From an uncultured Nitrososphaerales archaeon (GTDB lineage Archaea > Thermoproteota > Nitrososphaeria > Nitrososphaerales > Nitrososphaeraceae), in assembly GCA_963841565.1 (NCBI GenBank), contig CAWJCY010000006.1, forward strand, positions 288,001-352,000: a stretch of DNA of 64,000 bases, read 5' to 3'. Positions 43,586-54,104 of the stretch are shown in pieces (the first letter of the stretch is position 1; every line of letters begins with the position of its first letter). The notes beneath the pieces are model-generated. The model was not told the origin of the DNA. It was given only the letters and a program-made list of their open reading frames with translations, and searched no databases. The position numbers and the translations under genes are program-made.

Positions 43586-43699
43586 TGCGGGAGGTGGGAT
43601 TTGAACCCACGGACCCCTTAGGGATGAGGTCTCCCGCCGCATGGATCTGAGCATCGTGCCAACGGTCTCACGCCTTTGGCCATGCTTGGCAACTCCCGC
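43586..43699 (-). tRNA. tRNA-Leu(CAG) with two introns (30/31: 43653-43666; 37/38: 43631-43645)
   Basis: GCGGGAG/CTCCCGC acceptor, A73, long variable arm, GTTCAAATC T-loop; first intron forms a clean bulge-helix-bulge; mature length 85 nt. Confidence 0.85.
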
Positions 43700-44270
43700 A
43701 TTTGCTTCTCAATTGAATAAACTGAGATTTATATCCTGGCAATCCGATTCCTGATTCCAGAGATTATTCGATTCCAATAGGATCGATGGTTAGGCACGCA
43801 GCTTTAGGTCTAGAATTGCTCAATTGGAGTAGAATTAAGTAAAGGATTTTCCTCTACTCTGCTGATGTTATTATGCTTAGGATAACGATCGAAAGTATGA
43901 GTCACTGTATCTGATTAGATCATAAGGAGGGAAACATCATATAGTATAATTAATCATGTCAGCATAAGGATTAAGCAATTAGTGTAAATATACCTCTTTC
44001 CAAGATCTAATTTTCCTCAAAGTTCATTGCGGAATCAGCGATTGGAGGGCAGCGATTATAACTTGACTCACCATTGTAGAAACTCGACAATTTTAGAGTT
44101 TTCTTTTGAAGTAATATCTACAAAAAAAATGTGAAAGGACAATTTGCATGTAACCTGGAATTTATATAATGCCAAAGCATTTCTTTGAACCCAGCATAGG
44201 AACATTCGCGCCTTTAGCCTCCAGAACGAATTCAGGAACAAACTTAAATTCAATTGCTGACATTATTCTC

Positions 44271-44946
44271 ATGTTGTACGAACATGAAGATATCCAGATT
44301 TCATGGACCGGCCATGATGGGTTTAAGATAAAAGGAACAAACAGCCAGAATAACCAATTGACGGTCTATGTCGATCCCTACCAACTACCCTCCAAGTATC
44401 AGAATCAGAATGACGCAGATGTAGTTTTACTGACCCATGATCATTTCGATCATTTAAGCATCGATGATCTGAAGCAAATTATTAACAACAACACAAGTAT
44501 AATATCAGCCACCGAGTGTGTTAATAAATTAGCTGGACTGAAATTGAAAGAGATTAGTGGAATTAAGCCAGGCGAAAAAACTACTGTTAAGGGTCTCGCA
44601 ATCGAAGCAGTTCCTGCATATAATACTAATAAAAAATTTCATCCCAAGTCTGATGGAAAGGTAGGATTCGTTTTAATAATGAACGAAAAGAGGATCTATC
44701 ATGCTGGTGACACAGATTTGATCCCAGAAATGGAATCTGTGGATCCAGATATTGCACTTGTTCCTGTCTCAGGTACTTATGTAATGAATGCGGAAGAAGT
44801 CTGCAAATGCTGTCAACAAACTAATTCGCCCCAAGAAAGTCGTAATTCCTATGCATTACAATGCTATTGTCGGCACTGAGGAAGACGCTAAGAAATTCAA
44901 AAATCTTGTTAATGTTTGCAAAGTGGAAATTCTTTCCAAAGATTGA
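44271..44946 (+). CDS. MBL-fold metallo-hydrolase, one +1 insertion near 44799
   Basis: THDHFDH, YHAGDT; the shifted frame restores VIPMHY. Confidence 0.88.
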
Positions 44947-45028
44947 AGAGGTTCAATCATAAATCTGGCACCCTAAGTAGACTGTTTTAAAAAACTTATA
45001 TATTATCAATTATTTCATATGAATGAAG

Positions 45029-45100
45029 ATGGCTGCTAAGAAAAAGGCAAAATCTGCAAAGAAAGGAGAGAAAAAATCAACCCGATCCTCAAAGAAGTGA
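45029..45100 (+). CDS. Lys-rich basic microprotein (MAAKKKAKSAKKGEKKSTRSSKK)
   Basis: Manual translation; AAAAAA-CTTATATA promoter-like box about 25-30 bp upstream; alternative ATG at 45023. Confidence 0.5.
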   Translation: MAAKKKAKSAKKGEKKSTRSSKK

Positions 45101-45732
45101 TCATTTTATAGTTATCTGATCACAGCGGTTCTATGAGGTCGCTAAAGAAACTCTCTTATTCTTTTTGTATGATTTCATTGCAATTGATCCCTTTATGTTG
45201 AGTTCTTGTCTCAGTGAGAGGGTCTTGACATATTTCATTAAATTTGATTATTCCAATTATTGTTTAGAAAATGAGTTTATCCGATGATATTCTGTGGCCA
45301 TTTTATTCTTCAAATAGATCTTTCCTATTTCGAGGTTGTTGGTTTTGAAAAAGAAGTGGAAAGAGTCTTCAGGAATTGATTGCAACATACTGGACCAGCC
45401 TAGCTGCTTTATCTTTGTCGCGAATTCGACATACTTGATTGTTATTCTGGAACTTCAAATATTTTTAAGCAGCATCCCAAATGAATATTGATGATTGCGA
45501 CCTTTACAAGCGTATGAAACCCAACAAGAACTTCACATTTGAAGTGAAATTCTGCGTCGTAGTCTGACTGCCATTTTAGTTTTCAGATAGCAACAGGATA
45601 AAAGGTCTAGAGAATTCCTAATTTAAACAGTGATAGCCGAATTCTGTGCCAATGAAGTAGATATTAATACTTCATAGATCTAAAAGGGGAAACAGTAAAT
45701 ATAAAAAGCTCGAATGTATCGTAAAGGAACGA

Positions 45733-45856
45733 GCAGATGTGGCAGAGTGGTCTTCTCTAAATGAGAACAAAATAATGCGTCGGCCTTGAGTGAATCAAGT
45801 TAGAAGATAGCCGATTCGCCTTCGGGCGATCAGGAGTTCGAATCTCCTCATCTGCG
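45733..45856 (+). tRNA. tRNA-Ser(TGA) with two introns (D-loop about 45753-45772; 37/38: 45791-45808)
   Basis: GCAGATG/CATCTGC acceptor, G73, TCGGC-CTTGAG..A-GCCGA anticodon arm, long variable arm, GTTCGAATC. Confidence 0.88.
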
Positions 45857-45864
45857 CCCTTTTC

Positions 45865-46968
45865 CTAAAATTCCTCCTTTCTAATGGTTCCTCGGCGGTG
45901 TTTCTTTGGCAGCTTTGAGCTGTGTGCTGATTTTATCCTTCTTTCCAACTTCGAGACTATTTCCTTCGATGCCGAAATTGGATCGTATGCCACTGCCTTC
46001 GCATCTACAATGCTGTTGTTTGTCATTATTCTTGCTCTAATGGAGTATTTCCTTGTCTTGTGCTTGTCTACGTAAATAGTGACCAATTGAATATTTTCTA
46101 ATCTTCCTTCAATCTTTTTCAGGAATTTTGTCATATTTCTTTCGATTTCATTTTTGTCATCCTCACTTTCAGGATCTGAAATGTGTATAAGGGTAGGACC
46201 TCCATACTTTGGAAGTAATAATTCGAGTGCATCTTTTGGTGTAACCACACCTATTGGACGTTTATTTCCTACTACAACAACTTCTTCATGATCCTTTAAG
46301 TCGCCAGTTAACTCATTTATTTTTGATCCTTGTTCCACAGAGTAAGCATTTCTCATCATATCCTTCACTTTTACGTCTCGTACTACAGCCATTGTACCTA
46401 CTCCAGGAGACTTACTCGCCCTCTCTCTGGGTTTGGATATGACGTGTGCAATATCCAAAACATTTACGATTCCTGTCAAAACACCATCCCTGTTGATAAC
46501 GGGTAAACGTGATATGTTGTACCTCCTCATTTTTGAAAGAGCGTTCCCAAGGGTATCGTCGCCCTCTTGTACTATAGCACCACTCATAATTGAATCCACT
46601 GTTGAATGACCAAACCTAGCGTTCACTACTATGTCCATCTCACTGACTATTCCTACAAGTTTGGAACTATCCTCAACGACTGGAAACGCGCGATTTCCTG
46701 TTCTTAGTATCATCTCAGTAGCTCGCTCTACCGTGACCTCACGACTTAGAGTCGGGGTTTTTGATATGAAACTCTTAAGCTTAGATCCAGGTAAGACATT
46801 AACTGAAAGAAATTCCTTTGCGAAAACCATTCCCAAATAGTCGCTGGTATCGTTCACAATAGGAATCTGGTTTAATCTGTGTGAATGCATTAGATTAAGT
46901 GCCTTTGAAACAGTATCTTCAAGGGTTAAGGAAATTACATCCTTTATCATAATGTCGCCTACTTTCAT
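45865..46968 (-). CDS. Four-CBS-domain protein fused to a C-terminal HPF/RaiA-like domain
   Basis: Repeated CBS units; C-terminal FLKKIEGRLENIQLVTIYVD...YSIRARI...AKAVAYDPISASKEIVSKLERRI. Confidence 0.8.
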   Translation of the reverse strand: MKVGDIMIKDVISLTLEDTVSKALNLMHSHRLNQIPIVNDTSDYLGMVFAKEFLSVNVLPGSKLKSFISKTPTLSREVTVERATEMILRTGNRAFPVVEDSSKLVGIVSEMDIVVNARFGHSTVDSIMSGAIVQEGDDTLGNALSKMRRYNISRLPVINRDGVLTGIVNVLDIAHVISKPRERASKSPGVGTMAVVRDVKVKDMMRNAYSVEQGSKINELTGDLKDHEEVVVVGNKRPIGVVTPKDALELLLPKYGGPTLIHISDPESEDDKNEIERNMTKFLKKIEGRLENIQLVTIYVDKHKTRKYSIRARIMTNNSIVDAKAVAYDPISASKEIVSKLERRIKSAHSSKLPKKHRRGTIRKEEF

Positions 46969-47032
46969 TGTGTTTTATGATGATCCTAATCATTACATTA
47001 AAAACCTTCCTCTACTTATAACAAACGATCAG

Positions 47033-47215
47033 ATGGATAATAGACGCCTTATCATAATTGCTGCCATAATAATAATACTTATTAGCGTAGTCACAATATA
47101 TCTGGCCCCTTCCGACACGATTATCCCTCTTCCCAATCCTAATGAAAATAGCACACGCAACGATAACAACATTAGCACACCTTCACAAGGCGGTCTCAGT
47201 CAACAGTCTCCATAA
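47033..47215 (+). CDS. Small single-pass membrane protein
   Basis: MDNRRLIIIAAIIIILISVVTIYL hydrophobic stretch followed by a polar tail. Confidence 0.5.
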   Translation: MDNRRLIIIAAIIIILISVVTIYLAPSDTIIPLPNPNENSTRNDNNISTPSQGGLSQQSP

Positions 47216-47345
47216 AACAGCACTATGATAAAAGATAAAGAAAGTATTAAATGAATTATTGATTTTATCGGTTGTAGCTTTTGAGATCGACAAAGTGATG
47301 ATTTTGATATTCAAAAAAATGATCGAATGTTGCATATTTTGTTTG

Positions 47346-48611
47346 TCACACCGCCATCCCTGATCCGATTAATCTCCACCTATCAGATATCCTTCTGCTG
47401 ATAGCTACTCGGCTATTTGGTAACAAGCAGACTGGCTTCTTCAGTTTAATCTCAATTTTTGTGGAGTCTTTAACATTTGTAACTGTCCCTAACGTAGCAG
47501 CCGTGCCTATGTTCAATCTGAGAGGTTCTTTGATTCGAATAGGATCTACTCTTACTAGTTCTTGAGTTCCAACTGCAGTATCAAAAAGATAAACTTCGAT
47601 ACCTATACTATCTACGTTATCAGGCAGAGTGGATGGCTTTCCCACTACGGAACCGATGAGTGAATCACTCTTTATGTAGGTAGGATCTAACTTTGTTCCA
47701 ATTGCAACCAGACCACCAGGTCTAACGGATTCAACTAAACCCGCACCTGTTCCCAATGTTGAGATGGCGGAAGTAATAGGCTCATATCTACTCTTCTTCT
47801 CGTCGAAGAAGCCGGGCCTAATCTCGATCTCATCTCCTATCAAAAATTCTCCTTGAACTAGAGCTCCTCCTATTACACCACCTTTGACCCTTTGGACTTG
47901 AATACCAGGCTTGTTCACGTCAAAAGATCGCAATACATGCATTATGGGTTTATCGGCTTTGTTTCGAACCGGATTCTTCAGCTTGCTTTCTATGGCTTCT
48001 ATGAGAGCGTCTACGTTTACCCTGTGTTGAGCCGATACAGGAACGATAGGAGCCTCCTCTGCAGTGCTACCACTGACGAATGATTTGATCTGATCATAAT
48101 TCTCCAGAGCGCTCTCATATTCAATCAAATCTACTTTGTTCTGAACAATTACTATTTCCTTTATCCCCAATACTTGCAATGCCAAGAGGTGTTCTCGAGT
48201 TTGTGGTTGGGGGACTTTTTCATTTGCGGCAATAACAAGTATTGCTCCGTCCATCAGAGCTGAGCCCGAGAGCATATTCGCCATCAAACTTTCATGACCA
48301 GGTGAATCTACAAAACTGACTACGCGTAAAAGCTCCCCTGGTTTACTACAATTCACGCACGTTGGATTAGAGGAATAGCATCCTGGTGCCGGACAATCGG
48401 GGCACTTGTAAAAGGCTGCATCTGCGTACCCAACTTTGATAGTGATACCTCGCCTTAATTCCTCACTGTGGGCACTAGTCCATACACCTGTAATCGCTTC
48501 AACTAGTGTAGTTTTACCGTGATCGACATGGCCTGACGTCCCTATATTGATATTGGGTTGGTAACCATATTCTTTGATATACCAGTCAGGCAAGCTCTCT
48601 TTCCAATGCAA
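47346..48611 (-). CDS. eif2g: Translation initiation factor 2 gamma subunit
   Basis: GHVDHGKTT, RGITIK, zinc knuckle, DSPGH, QNKVD, WRLIGSG; TTG start at 48611 inferred. Confidence 0.97.
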   Translation of the reverse strand: MHWKESLPDWYIKEYGYQPNINIGTSGHVDHGKTTLVEAITGVWTSAHSEELRRGITIKVGYADAAFYKCPDCPAPGCYSSNPTCVNCSKPGELLRVVSFVDSPGHESLMANMLSGSALMDGAILVIAANEKVPQPQTREHLLALQVLGIKEIVIVQNKVDLIEYESALENYDQIKSFVSGSTAEEAPIVPVSAQHRVNVDALIEAIESKLKNPVRNKADKPIMHVLRSFDVNKPGIQVQRVKGGVIGGALVQGEFLIGDEIEIRPGFFDEKKSRYEPITSAISTLGTGAGLVESVRPGGLVAIGTKLDPTYIKSDSLIGSVVGKPSTLPDNVDSIGIEVYLFDTAVGTQELVRVDPIRIKEPLRLNIGTAATLGTVTNVKDSTKIEIKLKKPVCLLPNSRVAISRRISDRWRLIGSGMAV

Positions 48612-48842
48612 TGATCTTCGTGAATTCACTGGGAATATTAAGGTAATCACAGGCTATTATGATTAAAAGAAGACGCCTTTGACTTAATTTCGAATCCGCT
48701 TAAAAGTTCTAATAAAAGACATCTTTTAATCCTATTGGCTTATCGGATTTCTAAGTAACGTAAGTCTGCGACCTGTCCATGATGATTTGATGCACGACTT
48801 GTATATTTACAAGATATAATTTGATGTGTAAACCCTAGGGTA

Positions 48843-49238
48843 TCAAGATTTGGATTCTTCTTCTCCAGACTGTTCAGTTGCCGATTTTTCTGGTAATTTT
48901 CCCTCAAGTAGTTTACAGTTCAGCTGATATATTTCCTCAGTAACCATATTGCCTCTAATTAGCTTTCTGATCCTAATGCCAGGATTACGGTTACGCATCC
49001 CTACACCTCGCGCAAGCAAGATATACTTTTTTACCCCTCCATGAAGATCTGGCCTCATTGGTGTACCTGATTTATCACTGCCGCCGGTTATTTGCATTTT
49101 ACCATTAATACCAACAACATTCGAGTCGATGACATCACCTATTTTTAACCCAAGTAGGGGATTTGCTACTTTGTCCTTTAACTCTTGACTAACACTTTTT
49201 CCAGTACTGTCTGAGATGACAACCTTGAATTGCGCCAA
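48843..49238 (-). CDS. rps6e: 30S ribosomal protein S6e
   Basis: ITGGSDKSGTPM and RKLIRGN. Confidence 0.96.
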   Translation of the reverse strand: MAQFKVVISDSTGKSVSQELKDKVANPLLGLKIGDVIDSNVVGINGKMQITGGSDKSGTPMRPDLHGGVKKYILLARGVGMRNRNPGIRIRKLIRGNMVTEEIYQLNCKLLEGKLPEKSATEQSGEEESKS

Positions 49239-49385
49239 TACACTACTACTTTGATCATGCAGCAGTTAGGGCTTTAATTAACTTTTGGATAATCTCCAAT
49301 CCTTTCTTGGTAATACGACCTTCGCTTATCAAAAACTTTTGGCTAGCCCAACCAAAACCAGGTTCAATAAGCAATTATTCGATGT

Positions 49386-49574
49386 CTAAAATCCACTCTT
49401 GTTCAAATTAGCCTGATAATCATCTGACATATTCTGGGCTATCCCCTTCATAGTCTCCAAGTACGAATCGTATGAAGAGCTAAACCCACAATGGCTACAG
49501 CCAACCTTTGTCATATCTTCATCGACTACTGCTTCACTTCTACACTTTGGACACTTTGCTTTCAACAAAGTCAC
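49386..49574 (-). CDS. Small zinc-ribbon protein
   Basis: CPKC...CSHCGF. Confidence 0.7.
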   Translation of the reverse strand: MTLLKAKCPKCRSEAVVDEDMTKVGCSHCGFSSSYDSYLETMKGIAQNMSDDYQANLNKSGF

Positions 49575-49833
49575 ACGTATAATTTGTATTTCAATCTGTA
49601 TTAACGTTTAGTTTCCAGCTCATGCATCAAACCATTGGCATATAATATTTTTTATTTTCTTAAATGAACAACTTAAAGGTTTAAAGAAGTAGTTCACCCA
49701 AATTTAGAATGAGCTCGGATGCCGATACTTTAACATGTTATTATTTTAAAGGCTTCATTTTAGCTGAAGTGTGTAAGAACGTCGGTGAATTTGATATCCT
49801 TAATTAGGTCTTCTCGCTGATCTAACTCTAAAA

Positions 49834-51039
49834 ATGATTCCCATAAACAGACCTTGGCTTAGTGATGAGGAGAAAAAGGAAATATTGATGGTACTAGACG
49901 AAGGTATTCTTACATCCCCTGCATTGGAAGGAGGGAAGAGAGTACAGGAATTTGAATCTCTTCTTAGGAGCTATTTAAGCATTAAACATGTGATTGCAGT
50001 GAACTCTGGAACTTCTGCGCTCTTAGCTGCGTTGTTAACATTAGGATTAAAGGAAGGCGACGAAGTACTTTTACCTTCGTTCACTTTCGTAGCATCAGCC
50101 AATTCTGTAGTCGCTGCTGGAGGTACACCAGTATTCGTCGACATAACCAAGGCTGACTATACTATCGACATTAAAGATCTTGCTACGAAGATCACGAAAA
50201 GAACTAGAGCTATTATGCCTGTTCACCTTTACGGTCATCCGGCGGATTTGGATGAAATACTTGAGTTAGCAAAGAGTAATTCTCTCGAAATAGTAGAAGA
50301 CGCGTGCCAATCGTTGGGTTCTGAGTACAGGAAGAGACAGACTGGAACTATTGGTTCGATGGGTTGTTTTAGCATGTACGCCAGCAAAGTACTCACATCA
50401 GGAGAAGGTGGTGCAATAGCAACAGATGACGATCAGTTGGCTGATCAATTAAGAATGATTCGCAATCATGGAATGGTAGAAGGTTATGACACTAGAGTAT
50501 TTGGTCTTAATTTACGACTTCCTGAAATAAGCGCTGCAATAGCAAAGGGCCAAATGAAAAAACTTAACGAAATGTTAGAAAAAAGAAGAAACAATGCAAA
50601 CTTGTTAACCGACTTGCTTTCACATTCTGATGTTGACGGATTCACAACACCGGCCGAACCAGAGGATGGTCACAAGAAATTCAATTGGTATCTTTATACG
50701 GTAGCACTGGACGGTCGACAGACTGAAAACAAGAATAACAAGTCTGATCTTCCAGACCATGCCTATAGCAGAGATCTAATAAAGGATGAGATGGCAAAAA
50801 CTGCAAAGATTGGGGTAGCCGTATATTACGATCCTCCAGTTCATTTGACTCCATACTACAGAGAACTTGTAGGATCTCGACTCCCAAACCAGGTCCGTGA
50901 AATGCCCAATAATCTGAAGACTACAGAATGGGCAAGTAAACACGTGCTTTCCCTACCTGTGCACCCGCTTCTTTCTAAACAAGATATTGAATACATTGCA
51001 AATAGCTTCAAATCAGCCAAAGAAAATATAACAAAATGA
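49834..51039 (+). CDS. DegT/DnrJ/EryC1/StrS PLP-dependent aminotransferase
   Basis: NSGTSAL, PVHLYG, EDACQS, SMYASKVLTSGEGG. Confidence 0.94.
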   Translation: MIPINRPWLSDEEKKEILMVLDEGILTSPALEGGKRVQEFESLLRSYLSIKHVIAVNSGTSALLAALLTLGLKEGDEVLLPSFTFVASANSVVAAGGTPVFVDITKADYTIDIKDLATKITKRTRAIMPVHLYGHPADLDEILELAKSNSLEIVEDACQSLGSEYRKRQTGTIGSMGCFSMYASKVLTSGEGGAIATDDDQLADQLRMIRNHGMVEGYDTRVFGLNLRLPEISAAIAKGQMKKLNEMLEKRRNNANLLTDLLSHSDVDGFTTPAEPEDGHKKFNWYLYTVALDGRQTENKNNKSDLPDHAYSRDLIKDEMAKTAKIGVAVYYDPPVHLTPYYRELVGSRLPNQVREMPNNLKTTEWASKHVLSLPVHPLLSKQDIEYIANSFKSAKENITK

Positions 51040-51092
51040 AATTGTCGACTATAGGCCATAAGTCTTAATATCGTTATTTTCTATGCGATGTA

Positions 51093-52272
51093 TTGCGACT
51101 TGTCATCTATACTGGTAAAGGCGGGACAGGAAAAACAGTAAGTGCATGTTCAACTGCGCTAAAGTTGTCTGGTCTGAAATCCAGAACACTTCTTGTTTCC
51201 GCCGACCCAGCCCATACATTAGGTGATGCATTGATGGAAGGTGAAATACGAGGTACACCTACAAGAATTTCCACTGACTTATACGCTGCTCAGGTGGATC
51301 CAGTTGTGGAGATGGATTCGAATTTCAAGACAATATTTTCTTACTTTGCATCGTATTTTCAGGCCAAAGGCATTGACGATACTATTTCATATGAGTTGGC
51401 CATGTTACCTGGGATGACGCAATTACTCTGTTTGCTGAAAATTGAAGAGGCAGTAAGAGCCGGAGATTATGATGTGATAATTCTTGACATGCCCGCATCA
51501 GGTGAGGCCTTGCGATTCTTATATTTTCCAAAACTTGTAGGAAGCTTAAGCATGAGGCTCTCAGGCCTTGCAGGCCTTGCCAGCGGCTTCGGTCGACTAC
51601 TTCAGCCGTACTTATCAGGCTCCGCTCTCTCAAGTGACTTGATGAAGGCTGAAGCAGATTTGCTTCATAAATTGGAGAAACTTTCAAGGTTAATTTTTGA
51701 CCCAAACGTAACTAGTCTCAGGTTAGTGGTTAACGCTGACAGCTTTAGCATGGAAAATGCAAAAAGGACATTAATGTCAGCTAATTTGTACGGAATTAAT
51801 GTAGACATGATTATTGTCAACAAGATCTTGTCTCAGATACGGAGTGAGGATAATTTCTTGGCCAATTGGGCGGATCTCCAACATGCTAAAGTGACAGAAG
51901 CTGAGATCTGACTTTTACCCATTGCCAGTTAAGGAGGTCCCTCTTTATAATGAAGAATTAAAAGGGATAGAGATGCTTAAACAAAACGCAGAAATCCTGT
52001 TTGGGAACCAGGATCCAAGTCAAATTTTTTATCATGAAAGGGTTTTTGAATTTAAAAGTGATAGTTCTGGCCTCACTTTGAAGGTGAAGGTTCCTTTTAC
52101 AAAGAACGCAGACTTTTTGGTTGAACGCATCTCAGACCGGATTACTATCAAAGTAGCTACGAACATAGGTTATATTGTGAATGTCGTTCCATTACCTGCT
52201 GTTACTTTAAAAATGAAACTCAAAGCCGCCCGATTGGGTGATAATGAATTAGTAATTTCGTTTGAGTATTAG
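51093..52272 (+). CDS. ArsA/GET3 family ATPase with C-terminal HSP20-like domain, one +1 insertion near 51904
   Basis: GKGGTGKT, SADPAH, IIVNK; removing one base joins TEA-RSDFYPLPVKEVP to ORF 51922-52272. Confidence 0.9.
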
Positions 52273-52396
52273 AAATTTAAAAAAATGAATCAAATTAGAA
52301 TACGTTTCAAAACTATGTATTCTTATGTCTAAATCTCCAATACGAATCCTTCATTACCTATAGATACTACATGCGCTAAGCTTTTTGTAATAGTCT

Positions 52397-52900
52397 ATGA
52401 ACAAGGTCTTATCAATTCTAATTGCAATAACTATATGCGCCATATATTTGGTCGGTACGGTCAGCCTTTTTGACCTTGTTCCTGCTAAGGCTCAAGATTC
52501 AAGTACTAGCCATTCAACTATAGAAAATCCACCCGTCATAAACCAAGACACATCACCACAACAAGCTAGCAACGACAAGGTTTCATTCAAGATTAAAGGA
52601 ATAGATTACTCTACCAAAATTGCACAGATATTAGTTACTATCGGTGGTAAAACTTATGCCAACACCTTTGATCCGATATCCTTGTTGGATCCTCATGATG
52701 ACGGTAATGGAGTTATACAGTTTAGTATGCTAATTCCTAAAGATGCTATAAAACCAGGAAGCTCATACACTGCATGCGTTAAGATCTTGGAGGACACCGA
52801 TAGCTTTGGCAATAATTTGGCGTGTCAGTCTGGCTCGACAGATGAAATACACTCCTTATCAGGAGAAAACCAAAACCAACTAGTGAATCTATATCTATAG
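52397..52900 (+). CDS. Secreted hypothetical protein
   Basis: Signal peptide ending AKA-Q; one Cys pair. Confidence 0.7.
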   Translation: MNKVLSILIAITICAIYLVGTVSLFDLVPAKAQDSSTSHSTIENPPVINQDTSPQQASNDKVSFKIKGIDYSTKIAQILVTIGGKTYANTFDPISLLDPHDDGNGVIQFSMLIPKDAIKPGSSYTACVKILEDTDSFGNNLACQSGSTDEIHSLSGENQNQLVNLYL

Positions 52901-53286
52901 TTATGGGTTACGCCTTTGATTCATGGAAATGAATCCTTTAATTCACAACACTGGTTTATTGGGTACGCGAGCACAACTGCGCCATGCGCTAGCGGTATGG
53001 GACAACGACGATTTCATAATATCACATATGTTTTTTTTTAGATCGTTCTGTCCCGCAATATCATTGCTAGATAGCGATCGAATTATCCTTGCAACACTAG
53101 CTCACAGGTCAGTCTGTAACTGGGCGATATCCGTTCAATAAAATATTCAAGAAAGCGTCAACACTAAGCTTCCTCTTTTTACATTTCTGATGATCTTATT
53201 GCGAATTTATCTATCCACATACTACTTTTTTATATATCACTTTTATCTTGACATTATTAAAGCAAATATATTTATTGATTAGAAAC

Positions 53287-53300
53287 TTAATAATTATTAA
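53287..53300. promoter_or_regulatory. Palindrome TTAATAATTATTAA, candidate operator
   Basis: Perfect 14-bp palindrome 6 bp before the regulator ATG; half-sites recur upstream of the ABC operon. Confidence 0.45.
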
Positions 53301-53306
53301 TACTGG

Positions 53307-53690
53307 ATGACAATTGTTAGTATATCCTTAAATGATGAAATTCTGAATGAAATGGACAAATTACAAAAGTCACTTGGATTTAGTGGACGATCTGAAATAG
53401 TTAGAGCAGGAATCAGAGGTATGATATCAGAAGAAAGATCGCGGCAGGATCTGGTGGGATACATCCATGCAATCCTTTTGGTTATTCATAACGAGGCTTC
53501 TGATGACGAAATAAGCAATCTAAGACACGCCTACGATGAATTGATAGCAACTCATCTGCATAGTAAAATTGACAGGGATAGGTGTCTGGAGATATTTTTG
53601 TTAAGAGGTGATGCGAAACCTATGAGAGATATGACAAAAAAATTTCAGGCTAATAAAAAGATGGATAATGTTCAACTGATAGCGATGTAG
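53307..53690 (+). CDS. NikR-like ribbon-helix-helix metal-responsive regulator
   Basis: IVSISL...GFSGRSEIVR N-terminus; THLHSK...CLEIF C-terminal domain. Confidence 0.9.
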   Translation: MTIVSISLNDEILNEMDKLQKSLGFSGRSEIVRAGIRGMISEERSRQDLVGYIHAILLVIHNEASDDEISNLRHAYDELIATHLHSKIDRDRCLEIFLLRGDAKPMRDMTKKFQANKKMDNVQLIAM

Positions 53691-54104
53691 ATAAAGGTGG
53701 TATCTTTTTCAGAGACCTCGGCCGCGTAATGAGTGATTAGATATCTTGGCCGGGAATTATTGCGTCTGGTGTATAATACCTCAAATTAATTTTGTCATCT
53801 GTTAGGTAAACGTATCTAGAAGGATAGGTAGGCGGATTTTGCAAGCATTTACTAGCCAACAAGAGAAGTTGATGATCTACTCCTAAGAGGAGAAGCTTGC
53901 GCCTTTAATCCGAAACCTCAGCCAGAGATAAATTTAGTGCCCTATTTACAACCAAAGATCTTCCATCCAATTATTTAACGTGACGAGAATAAATTGTAAT
54001 TGTCAGCGGCACACAGTTTTGGCAAACTTGTTAATAATAGTATTTATGCAAGAATGTTAAAATTATTAATAACACTTATATTATTATTAGCGACATTTTG
54101 ATCT

